NCBI RefSeq assembly: GCF_006345805.1
Contig: NC_043000.1
Coordinates: 4,588,001-4,652,000, forward strand
Origin: Octopus sinensis
Lineage: Eukaryota
Length of the DNA: 64,000 nt
Direction: 5' to 3'
Part shown: piece by piece, positions 9,785 through 19,956 of the stretch
How positions within the stretch are numbered: position 1 is the stretch's first letter
How the letters are laid out: every line of letters starts with the position of its first letter
The notes under the pieces: generated by a model
Told to the model about the DNA's origin: nothing
Seen by the model: the letters and a program-made list of their open reading frames with translations, nothing else
Databases searched by the model: none
Position numbers and translations under genes: made by a program

Positions 9785-10215
9785 AGGAATTACAACCGTG
9801 TTTCGTGGTCTGCTACCACAACAGCTCCTTTATAGGATCTAGTTAGCTCAAGACATCATCAGGAGGAACCACGTCCGGTTTCGGCCCCTACTCCTCTACC
9901 GTTTTGACGTGGCGGCCCCTCCCTTTCGGAGGTGTCTTCAGCTCTGGTGTTGGGTGCATGTCTTCTTTCTTCTGTTCCCTGGCCTCTTCGATGTAGCGTC
10001 AACGAGTGTCAGCCGGTGACTGACTGACTTGTCAAATTTTTCCCTTTAAATACCTGCTGCTAGGCTCCAGCAGGCAGCCCGAGCAAGTTGTCATGTGACA
10101 TTGTCTCACCTTAACTGACTTGTGAAGGCGTGTAGTCTTAGCCCGCGCATTCTCTAAACAATTGTCATCTGTCAGTCAGCGAAGCTGTTCCAGTGTCAGC
10201 TTGTCTTACCTAGTG
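9785..10215 (-). mobile_element. CpG-rich LTR/pseudo-LTR-like segment with hammerhead-like motifs (Penelope-like?)
   Basis: Minus strand has TATTTAAA (10052-10045), then CTGAAGA (9941-9935)..GGCCGAAAC (9882-9878) and CTGATGA (9862-9856)..CGAAAC (9804-9800). GC/CpG content is higher than in the flanks. Confidence 0.45.
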
Positions 10216-10562
10216 ATGTAATTATTAATTATAACTCAAACCAGCCAACAGAGGAACTACTACAAGTCAATCATTCTGCTAGAAATATCAGCCAAATTTT
10301 CCTTCAAATTATTTAATTTTTGGCATCTTTAAAAGAATGGACATACAAGCTAATTAATCCTCGATATCATCCTATTGTTTCTACCTACAAATTAAATGTC
10401 AAGTGGGAATATCTGATTATAGATCGGCTAAATCAGAAGATAATCTGCAATAAACAAAAAAACAAAAACAAATTATAAACCAAACCAGTAATAACTCAAA
10501 CTAAAAAGCATTTTGAAATATTTTATTGAAAAATACTAATAAATACAAGCAGTGAGCATGCA

Positions 10563-10616
<54 letters not shown>

Positions 10617-10617
<1 letters not shown>

Positions 10618-11020
10618 AGGTGCAGGCATGGCCATGTGGCAAGAAGTTTGCTTCCCAACCACATGATACAGGTTCAGTCCCACTGTGTGGCACTTTGAGT
10701 AAATGTCTTCTACTACAGCCCTGGGCTGACCAAGGGCATGTGATTGGATTTGGTAAACAGGAACTAAAATAAGTTCATTGTATATATATATATACAGGTA
10801 CATATTTCTGTGTGTGTGTCTTTCTATTTATGTCTGTTCCCACCACCACTTGACAGCTGGTATTGGTTTGTTTATGTCCCTGTAACTTGGTGGTTCAGCA
10901 GAAGAAACTAAAAGAATAAGTACCAGGCTTTAACAAAATAAGTACCGGGGTCGATTCGTTCAAAGCAGTGCCCCAGCATGGCTCCAATCCAATGACTGAA
11001 ACAAGTAAAAGATAAAAGAT
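10617..11020 (+). mobile_element. Older copy of the CORE-like SINE family, preceded by (GT)n at 10566-10612
   Basis: Collinear with 6861-7258; tail GCAGTGCCCCAGCATGGC..TGACTGAAACAAGTAAAAG. Confidence 0.8.
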
Positions 11021-11056
11021 ATATTTGAGAAATTCCAATAAACACAAGTCTATACC

Positions 11057-11287
11057 TATTTCTTTATTACCCACAAGGGGCTAAACACAGAGGGGACAAA
11101 CAAGGACAGACATAGGTATTAAGTCGATTATATCGACCCCAGTGCGTAACTGGTACTTAATTTATCGACCCCGAAAGGATGAAAGGCAAAGTCGACCTTG
11201 ACAGAATTTGAACTCACAACGTAACGCAGACGAAATACGGCTATGCATTTCGCCCGGTCTGCTAACGATTCTGCCAGCTCGCCGCCT
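11057..11287 (-). mobile_element. Young SINE (GCCTTTCATCC-core family) with 14-bp TSD
   Basis: Head AGGCGGCGAGCTGGCAGAATCGTTAG, B box GAGTTCAAATTC; CACAAGTCTATACC at 11043-11056 and 11296-11309. Confidence 0.9.
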
Positions 11288-11315
11288 TTCTATACCACAA
11301 GTCTATACCATTTAT

Positions 11316-12052
11316 GGATCTTTACCTTTTGACCGACAGATTTAAAAAATAATTTTTTGTAACTAAACCCTTTCAAACTTCGGACACTGGTAGAATGTGT
11401 CACATAAAACATCTTTTAGTCTTGGCATTTTTGAGAAAATTCTGTATTTTGGAAGTTATTTTTTGTTAAAGTTGTCATATTTCGGTAATTTCAACCAATC
11501 AATGACATGTATTCAGCTGAATAAAATTACTGCCGTTGTTTGTCAACAACAACTATCAGTGCTGTATATTTCATTTGTCACTGTTATTTATGACATCATT
11601 CGTGCGTTTGTACTGGTTTTAGCTTTAAGGTTTTAGGGTTAGGGTTAGGGTTTTAAGGTTAGAGTTACAGAAAAAAAATGAAAAATGAAGCATGAACGAT
11701 TATGGTGGTGCCATGAAGTAAACATGCTTCAGATAGACTCGTTTATTCACACAAACGTAACTGAGATGAAATATGTCATAAATAACAGTGACAAACGAAA
11801 TATACTCCGCCGGAAGTTGTTGTTGACAAACAACAGCATTAACTGTATTCAGCTGAATACACATCATTGATTGGTTGAAATTACCGAAATATGACAACTT
11901 TAACAAAAAATAACTTCCAAAATACAGAATTTTCTCAACAATGCCAAGAGTAAAAGATGTTCTATGTGACACATTCTACAAATATACGAAGTTTGAAAGT
12001 GTTTAGTCAAAAAAATAATTTTTGAAATCTGTCGGTCAAAAGGTAAAGATCC
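11316..12052. mobile_element. Foldback MITE with ~270-bp TIRs, 8-bp TSD and central TTAGGG repeats
   Basis: Ends GGATCTTTACCTTTTGACCGACAGAT / ATCTGTCGGTCAAAAGGTAAAGATCC; TSD CCATTTAT at 11308-11315 and 12053-12060; TTAGGGTTAGGGTTAGGG at ~11632-11650. Confidence 0.92.
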
Positions 12053-12059
12053 CCATTTA

Positions 12060-12283
12060 TCCTACGTGTTTCACCATTATGGTTGTTTGGAACTCTGCAT
12101 TGGATGTCCCAAGTGCCAGTTGGATACGTACCCACAACAGATCTTCAGACACTAGATCTCTGTTACATAATGCAATAAAGTCTTTCCATGACGATCCGTT
12201 GTGGTACAGCATCCAATTGTACTTCACACTGAAATATACAATGCAGAGCTCCAAGCAACCACAACGGTGAAACATACGTAGGA
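12060..12283. mobile_element. Small foldback/MITE with ~90-bp imperfect arms
   Basis: TCCTACGTGTTTCACCATTATGGTTGTTTGGAACTCTGCATTG versus the reverse complement of CAATGCAGAGCTCCAAGCAACCACAACGGTGAAACATACGTAGGA; no clear TSD. Confidence 0.75.
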
Positions 12284-12289
12284 ACAAAT

Positions 12290-12352
12290 TATATAAATTT
12301 ATATATATATATCATATTTCAATATAAATATAGATATGATATATATAGATAT

Positions 12353-12387
<35 letters not shown>

Positions 12388-12450
12388 GTATGATATATAT
12401 CTATAGATATCTAGAGATATGTTATATATAGATATATAGAGATATGATAA
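12290..12450. repeat. Compound (TA)n/(GA)n microsatellite
   Basis: Directly visible. Confidence 0.9.
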
Positions 12451-12454
12451 GTAC

Positions 12455-12820
12455 ATCAACACCAACATCAAAATAAATATCAAATGGAAATTGTAGTTAA
12501 GATTCACGTGCCGGTGGCACATAAAAAGCACCATACAAACGTGGCTGATGCCAGTGCCGCCTGACTCGTGTCCATGACACATAAGAAGCACGTACCGATC
12601 ATGGCTATTTGCCAGCCCCCTCTTGCCCCTGTGCCGGCGGCACGTAAAAAGCACTCACTACACTCACCAAGTGGTTCGCGTTAGGAAGGGCAACCAGCTG
12701 TAGAAACACTGCCTGATCAGACTGGAGCCTGGCACAGCCTCCTGGCTTCCCAGACTCCAGCCAAACCGTCCAACCCATGCTAGCATGGAAAACGGACGTT
12801 AAACGATGATGATAATGATG
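12455..12820 (+). mobile_element. (GAT)n-tailed SINE with internal GTGCCGG(T/C)GGCAC..AAAAAGCAC repeats
   Basis: Tail CCAACCCATGCTAGCATGGAAAACGGACGTTAAACGATGATG. Confidence 0.8.
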
Positions 12821-13285
12821 TGTTTATCATAATTTCTCTGACATTAGCTCAGTACATCATAACCAGTAATATTACTAAATACAGCAGTCAAATCATCGAA
12901 ACCCTTATACTGGAAGCAGACAGGGTGAAGATTATCTACATGGAAGTCTAAACTCGACAGTAGCTGTCACACATCTAATGATACATACAAGACATACTTT
13001 ATATATACTGTATTTTAAGGAAACCTTTTTTTATCAAAAATTAAGGAGTTTCTTATACATGGATAGTATCATAATCCCTTACAAAACTATTTTTCAAAAA
13101 TTAGGGGTTCCTTATACATGTTAAAACATGGGAAATGTTAAAAAAATAATGAGAAATACATGGAAGAGCTTTGTATTATCTAAAGTCATTTATAGTCATT
13201 ATAACATTACATAACAACAGATGATGTAAGAAACTCTTGATAAAGGCCCACACAACACTGATCATATATCATTTATAGCATGTTG

Positions 13286-13480
13286 CGGGTTGCGGATCCG
13301 TGGAATAAGCTGCCGGACAAGATGGTGAAGATGCCGACGACCGCTCGGTTCAAAGTCTCCCTTGACCACAAGTGGCCTGAACTCTTTACATGAACACCAC
13401 CCTGTACATAACTCCATGTCCCCCTACATGGCCTTGCTTTTTGCTTTTTGAGCCAAAAATTACTAACTAACTAACTAACT
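13286..13480 (+). mobile_element. 5'-truncated CR1-like LINE 3' end with (TAAC)n tail
   Basis: Closely matches 19590-19788 (RVADPWNKLPD..KWPELFT*). Confidence 0.9.
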
Positions 13481-14170
13481 ATGTATTGTAGTATAATAGT
13501 TGAGGCCAAACCTTATATGTAAGCTATTGTGATGTAACACTGGACAAGGTACATAACTCTTTATACCTTAGCTCATCTCGAGTATTAAACAGGTTGTCCT
13601 TCTGCTTCAGGTAGAAAATCTATTTGAATATAAACCATTTCCTCAAAAAAAAAAAAATAATAATAAAATAATGAAGTTAAATGAAAATAGGCTATATTTG
13701 ATTTAGTTGCAGAGTCTAACCTAGAGAACAAGCTGGAAGAAAACTGAATTTTTGATTTACTAATTCATATTCATCACTGATTATGCTTTAATGTCTTGCC
13801 AATTAAATAAAGGAAGTTTTGAAATAAACCTGTTGTTTTGCTTAAGCTGGTCCTGAATCATCTTCAGTCCTCATAAAATGGAAGAAACGGTCTCTCAAAG
13901 AAATCAAAAATAATTTACAAGAGAAATTTCATAACAGCTGTTGTAATAAGTTTAAGTGTCAAGGTAAAAAATTATCTGAAACTGTATCATAATTAAGGAT
14001 CGGTTAAAATAAGTGGTCAGTAAATGATGGACAAAATCTTAAACAAATAAATTAGTAGCCATCTTTGTTACAGCCATTTCTTTCAATGACTCAGGCTCCT
14101 GAAAAGGCTCTACTTTCCTCTAAAATTTCATAAGAGATCAGACAAGAATCTAAAAAGATGAAGTCTGGGT

Positions 14171-14545
14171 TAGGAGTGGCTGTGTGGTAAGTAGCTTGCT
14201 TACCAACCACATGGTTCCGGGTTCATTCCCACTGCATGGCACCTTGGGCAAGTGTCTTCTACTATAGCCTTGGGCTGACCAAAGCATTGTGAGTGGATTT
14301 GGTAGACGGAAACTGAAAGAAGCCTGTCATGTGTGTGTGTGTCTGTGTTTGTCCCCACCAACATCGCTTGACACCCAATGCTGGTGTGTTTACGTCCCCC
14401 ATAACTTAGCAGTTCAGCAAAAGAGACCGATAGAATAAGTACTAGGTTTACAAAGAATAAGTCCTGGAGTCGATTTGCTCGACTAAAGGCAATGCTCCAG
14501 CATGGCTACAGTCAAATGACTGAAACAAGTAAAAGAGTAAAAGAG
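14171..14545 (+). mobile_element. CORE-like SINE, full length
   Basis: Head TAGGAGTGGCTGTGTGGTAAG; tail CAGTCAAATGACTGAAACAAGTAAAAGAG. Confidence 0.88.
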
Positions 14546-14759
14546 TATGTTTCTGTTGAAATACATTACTTTTACATCAGTTAATTTTGAAAATAATGGA
14601 ACATTTTGTAAAATAGCTTTCTCATAATTAAGCTGGTGTTTGGAATGTAAATTAACATGAAATTTTAATGGAAAGTTTTAAATTAGATTTCTTTGAAACA
14701 AGAAATTTATATCACAGGACTGGAGATAGTCTCAGGCAGGCTGGTATCAAAGGAGTTAA
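14546..14759 (-). mobile_element. piggyBac-like MITE (partial)
   Basis: Ends GGTATCAAAGGAGTTAA; reverse-collinear with 4984-5128/6405-6488. Confidence 0.6.
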
Positions 14760-14762
14760 CCC

Positions 14763-15254
14763 TTAACTCTTTAGTATTTAATCCAGCCATATCCAGCCCA
14801 AATATTCTGACTGTTTTATATTTAAACTGCCTTTATATTTAAAATGAAAGGCGGCAAGCTGGCAGAAACGTTAGCATGCCGGGCGAAATGCGTAGCCGTA
14901 TTTCGTCTGCCGTTACGTTCTGAGTTCAAATTCCGTCGAGGTCGACTTTGCCTTTCATCCTTTCGGGGTCAATAAATTAAGTACCAGTTACGCACTGGGA
15001 TCGATGTAATCGACTTAATCCGTTTGTCTGTCCTTGTTTGTTCCCTCTGTGTTTAGCCCCTTGTGGGTAGTAAAGAAATATATATTTAAACTGCCTAGAT
15101 CCAGCCTCTTGCACCTACCCTACAATGTCATTCTAAAAATATACAAATACACCAATGAAATCTTGAAGCTATAGGACAATATGTGATTAAGTCAGAAGAA
15201 TGTGAATAAAAAAGCAATACATTTGACAAAGAAATCTGAATGCGATAGGGTTAA
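14763..15254. mobile_element. TTAA-ended MITE containing a nested SINE
   Basis: TTAACTCTTTAGTATT ... AATGCGATAGGGTTAA termini; interrupted at a 16-bp TSD. Confidence 0.65.
14850..15080 (+). mobile_element. Young SINE (GCCTTTCATCC-core family) with 16-bp TSD
   Basis: TATATTTAAACTGCCT at 14817-14832 and 15081-15096; A and B boxes intact. Confidence 0.9.
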
Positions 15255-15427
15255 AATAACAATTAAGAAAATAGAAAAATTACTAACTTTCCAGAGGAGT
15301 CAGGAAGTATATTGACAGTCCGTAAGCAGAGCTTTGTCTCTGATACAACCCACTTATATAGCTCTGATATGTGGCTACAGTCAACCTCAAGCCAAATTGA
15401 TCTGAAAATAAAAGATTTTTAATAACA

Positions 15428-15656
15428 TTAACCCTTTTGTTACTGTATTTATTTTGAGATGCTCTGTGTTTCTTTCAATTACTTTAACTATAACAAAGAA
15501 TTTAGTAAAATAACTTAGTTATCATTCAGCTAGTGTTAGGAACATAAATTGTGACTAAGGTTTGGCGGAAGATTTTAATTCAAAACTTCTGAAAACAAGA
15601 CATTTGTACTACAGAGCCAGAGGCGGTTTTGGCCGGGTTGGTAACGAAAGGGTCAA
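15428..15656. mobile_element. piggyBac-like MITE
   Basis: TIRs TTAACCCTTTTGTTAC / GTAACGAAAGGGTCAA; the TTAA-CCC ends are typical of piggyBac. Confidence 0.75.
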
Positions 15657-15904
15657 ACTAATACAACACTTGAAAGAATGCTCTAGCAATAATTGGTTAA
15701 TCATGGTTGTCTTCTATACTCAACTGCATGAGGTACAAAATTGTACAGCTTTGTTTTCAATGATTATGTGTCCGATAAGTGGTGTAGACCAAGGTTTTTC
15801 CCCCTTTTTTCCTGATGTCTACTGCAAGACACATTTTACTGTCCCCTAACCAGTCATCACCTTGCATAAAACCACTTACTGCAATATTATTCTCCCCATC
15901 AGTT

Positions 15905-16160
15905 GAGGGGTCTTGTCTCACAAGTTACTTGGTCACCTCACTGGTGCTGGTGCCACATAAAGAATCACCCAGTACACCTTGTAAAGGGGTTGACATTAGG
16001 AAGGACATCTGGTCACAGAAATATGTCAAATATGTCAAAAAAATATGTCAAAGAAATACGTCAAATATGTCAAAGCAGATTGTAGAGCTTGGTGCAGTCT
16101 TCTGGCTTACCAGTTCCTGTCAAACCATCCAAATGATGCCAGTATGGAATGTAAATGTTA
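15905..16160 (+). mobile_element. Old (GAT)n-family SINE with an internal AATATGTCAA mini-repeat
   Basis: Collinear with 1572-1700 plus 3200-3320; AATATGTCAA x4-5 at 16019-16073. Confidence 0.7.
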
Positions 16161-16390
16161 AATCATCATCATCATCGTTTAACATCCGCTTTCCATGCTA
16201 GCATGGGTTGGACGATTTGACTGAGGACTGGCAAACCAGATGACTGCACCAGGCTCCAATCTTGATCTAGCAGAGTTTCTACAGCTGGATGCCCTTCCTA
16301 ACGCCAACCACTCCGAAAGTGTAGTGAGTGCTTTTACGTGCCGCCGGCACGAGGGCCAGTCAGGCGGTACTGGCAACGGCCACGAAAAAA
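16161..16390 (-). mobile_element. Young (GAT)n-family SINE, tail-to-tail with the previous copy
   Basis: Plus strand ATCATCATCGTTTAACATCCGCTTTCCATGCTAGCATGGG is the reverse complement of the family tail. Confidence 0.85.
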
Positions 16391-16411
16391 TCGTGTTTTT
16401 CTTTTTTTTAA

Positions 16412-16610
16412 GCCCTCCAATGGACACCCAAGGGAGATAGAAATGGGGCAGATAAAAAAAAACATGGATAAGATCCACAGAAACTGGGGAACTGGGAGAG
16501 GACAACACCTGGGGACAACTGCAATCCATTGCCAAAGCTCAAGACAGATGGCACACTCTTGTTGGTGCCCTATGATCCACATGGGGTCAAAGGAACTATT
16601 AATGAATGAA
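16412..16610 (+). mobile_element. RTE-X-like LINE ORF2 C-terminal relic
   Basis: WTPQG.. / KKTWIRST..TWGQLQSIAK.QDRWHTLVGAL with a (TGAA)n tail; best seen in copy-2 ORF 49838-50074. Confidence 0.7.
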
Positions 16611-16825
16611 TACAAAAAAAAAGAAAAGCAAAATATTGCTTAACAGAATATTTATTAAATATAAGGCAGCGAGCTGGCAGAGACGTTAGCACGCAGGGCA
16701 AAATACTTAGTAGTATTTCATCTGCCATTACGTTCTTTGGAAACATCAGATCCTATCAAATCATCCAACCCACGCCAGCATGGAACAGGAATATTAAATG
16801 ATGATAATAATGACTCTCTTCATCA

Positions 16826-17391
16826 TATATTAATGAGCCAAACGCCCCCCCCCTGTTCAATGGACGGTGCTGAGTTGTCAAACATTTAAACAAATTTTCT
16901 CAAAACTTTTCATTAAAAAATAATTAAGCATGCCTTTATTTCAACGAAATTTTTGGTTTTCTTAAACGAAGTTAAGGTAAAAAAAAAAAACGTCTTGAGA
17001 AACCAAATAGTCTTTCCTTCCTTCATGCCAAGTTTGAAGAAAATATCTCTTTTGCATCTTACTTTTTTGGTCTCTTAAATATACTGCATTTTGTGGCATT
17101 ATTTCAAGCCAGCCAGCTTTTTTTGCGCAAATTGCACGTGCATTTTTCTTGCGTACACATAGTATCGATTGCAACAGCTGATGCATTTGCATATACAAAT
17201 GCACATTCCCACGGCTTTCTCAATTGCATTCTCACCTGGAATCGATTTTTGTAATTTTTTCAAAACTTATACACGCCCTGATACGGTCAGTATCTACACA
17301 TCAAATTTGAGCGCAATCGGATGGAGGATGCCCGAGATCCTAGAAGACACACAGACACACAGACAGACAGAACAGATTTTATATAATAGAT
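16826..17391 (+). mobile_element. Helentron-associated (HINE/DINE-1-like) non-autonomous element
   Basis: 5' C-rich hairpin CCTGTTCAATGGACGG; 3' CAAATTTGAGCGCAATCGG..(ACAG)n..TTTTATATAATAGAT. Family assignment is from remembered architecture. Confidence 0.5.
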
Positions 17392-17905
17392 GTTGCTGAT
17401 GTCAATACTGATCTAGTAATACTTTGATCAAACATGTTCCTACATGAAACTCCTACATGTTTCTTTGATTCCTTTTTGCTTCTATTGTTGCCTATTTGTA
17501 GAAATAGTGTACCTAGGATTAAATTATCCAATGTATTTTTAATTTTAATTTTAATTTTTCTTATTTCTAGGCATATTTTTTTCCAGACAGTGAGAAGTGA
17601 TTTGAGACAGATTTTGACAACTATCCCCCCCCCCACCTCTCTCTCTCTCTCTCTTTCATATGCTTCAATACATTATCCCTTTTATCTATTTCTCTAAATT
17701 TTCACCAGTCAGATCAAAGCACAGAGGAAAGTCTGGGGGATATCCAATTCACCTCTGATGTGCCGCTCAATCATCAGAACTGGATGTAGGGGCTAAAAAC
17801 CAATCAAGCCATCTAAGTAGCTGGTTTCCTCTGATGTTTTCCTCAAGGTAGCTGATGCCAGCAAGAGAACAACACACAATTCCTTCAACTGATTATTATA
17901 TAGAG

Positions 17906-18239
17906 TAAAGACCCCCTTCGATCATGAATGATCATGGGATTGCACCTAGAAAGTTCCCCTCTGAGACACAAGTCTGGGAAAGGTTATTTATAGAAAACCA
18001 GCAATTGCCCATGCATACCAACCTCCCTTCTCCACGCCAACAATGTTATCCAAAGGGAAAGCAAAGGGGCCAATACAGCTTGGCACCCGTGACGTCACAA
18101 CTCATTTCTACGGTGAACTGAAGCAATGTGAAATAAAACAGCTTGTTCAAGAACACAATACGCAGCCTGGTCCGAGAATCGAACTCACTACTCCATGATT
18201 GTGAGCCTGACACTCTAACCACTGAGCCATGCACCCTCA
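17906..18239 (-). mobile_element. tRNA-derived SINE (another family)
   Basis: Minus strand head GGTGCATGGCTCAGTGGTTAGAGTG..GAGTTCGATTC. Confidence 0.8.
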
Positions 18240-18249
18240 AATTGTTATG

Positions 18250-18638
18250 TATTCTTTTACTCATTTCAGTCATTTGACTGTGGCCATGCTGGAGCACCAC
18301 CTTTAGTCGAGGAAATTGACCCCAGGACTTAATCTTTGTAAGCCTAGTACTTATTCTATCGGTCTCTTTTGCCGAACTGCTAAGTTATGGGGACACAAAC
18401 ACACCAGCATTGGTTGTCAAACAATGTTGGGGTGACAAACAGACACACAAACATATGCACACAACATATATATATACATATATATAAACGACAGGCTTCT
18501 TTCAGTTTCCGTCTACCAGATCCACTCGCAGGCTTTGGTCGGCCCGAGGCTATAGTAGAAGACACTTGCCCAAAGTGCCATGCAGCAGGACTGAACCTGG
18601 AACCATGTAGTTCATAAGCAAGCTACTTACCACACAGC
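18250..18638 (-). mobile_element. CORE-like SINE
   Basis: Reverse complement of the 14171-14545 family. Confidence 0.88.
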
Positions 18639-18686
18639 TAATTTATTCATATGTTCTTCTGCTTCTTCCATTTTGTCTGCCGGTAC

Positions 18687-18725
18687 CATGAGGCAGTCTG
18701 GAAAGCCTTTTCAGATATTTCTCTG
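18687..18725 (-). CDS. Candidate 39-nt exon (phase 2-2): REISEKAFQTAS
   Basis: Very strong acceptor cccttcctcttcctcacAG (18727-18726); weak donor GTACCG. Confidence 0.2.
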
Positions 18726-18854
18726 CTGTGAGGAAGAGGAAGGGTACAATCAAGGGATGAATGGAATCCAACTGTGACCACCCATGCCTAAGGACATTCT
18801 CTTCTTTGTTTCTGTTAATGCTTACCATAATTGGAAAATTGTTCTGTGTTTCAT

Positions 18855-19820
18855 AATAATAATAATAATAATAATGAAATTATTGTATACAGTGCTCAGG
18901 TGCACCACAACTTGTCACAAGAGCATATAAAGCATATGCAGTAATGTACAAATGTCTGGAAAGCGAACAATGTATGAGTCAGATACATGCTTGCGTGTGT
19001 ATGGAGGGGAGGAGATCAGGTGTAGTGTTGGCGAATCTCAGGAAGCATGGAAGTTTTGAAGGATGCAGTGCTCCGACAACTAACAACTGATGCCGGCAGT
19101 TTGTTCCATGCTTCAGCAACTCTCAGCGTGAAAAAATGTTTCCTGAAGTCATGGGAGCTGTGCTGTTTTCTTGCGGAATTCTGTTCTTGATTCGACGGTC
19201 ATTCGGAATGCTCACAGCAGCCATATTCCTACCACTCTATGTCACGCTGGTGAGACCCATATTGGAGTATGGGATTCAAGCCTCTTCCCCTTATCTCCTC
19301 AAAGACATACAGCATCTCGAAAGAGTCCAGAAGCTGGCTACCCGCATGGTTCATGGTCTCAAAAATTTGTCCTACGAAGAAAGGCTGAGGACGCTCGACC
19401 TTTATTCTCTTGAAAAACGCCGCCGCCGTAGTGATCTCATTCTCGCCCACAACATCATAAGCGGAAAGTGTAACCTCTCGAAAGAGCTGTTCTTCACTCC
19501 TGCTCCAGAGCGTCGGCTGCGGGGTCATTCCGAAAAGCTCTACCTGCGACGATTTCATCTCAATCGAAGGAGAGGAGCTTTCTCCGTCCGGGTTGCGGAT
19601 CCGTGGAACAAGCTGCCAGACGAGATGGTAAAGATGCCAACGACCGCTTTGTTCAAAGCCTCCCTGGACCTCAAGTGGCCTGAACTCTTTACATGAACAC
19701 TACCCTGTACTTAACTCCATGTCCCCCTACATGGCCTTGCTATTTGCTTTTGAGCCAAATTAACTAACTAACTAACTAACTAACTAACATGTCCACGGGT
19801 GTTAGATGGGTGGAGTTTTA
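18855..19820 (-). mobile_element. CR1-like LINE 3' fragment with (ATT)n tail, interrupted by a second LINE
   Basis: 18855-19172 and 19789-19820 match the uninterrupted copy at 24033-24440. Confidence 0.9.
19173..19788 (+). mobile_element. 5'-truncated CR1-like LINE with intact ORF2 C-terminal frame and (TAAC)n tail
   Basis: Open frame 19175-19696: LYVTLVRPILEYG..HLERVQKLATRMV..SYEERLRTLDLYSLEKRRRRSDLI..LRGH..FSVRVADPWNKLP, the canonical CR1 post-RT motifs. Confidence 0.93.
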
Positions 19821-19956
19821 GAGATTCTGGCTTGTACATCAAAGATGTGTGAGATAAACTCTTACATCAACTACGAAATCAACTCAGTTACTAGTGTAGA
19901 ATTCTGTCCAACATACAAAAACATTTAATGACGAAAACACTAATCAGTCAACTTAC

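Noticed and set aside
11625-11665. Interstitial telomere or chromosome fusion scar
   Set aside because: Only ~3 perfect TTAGGG units, located in the spacer of a TSD-flanked MITE.
15291-15317. Plus-strand 27-nt micro-exon (ctttccAG...GTAAGC)
   Set aside because: An isolated signal with no supporting plus-strand exon chain.
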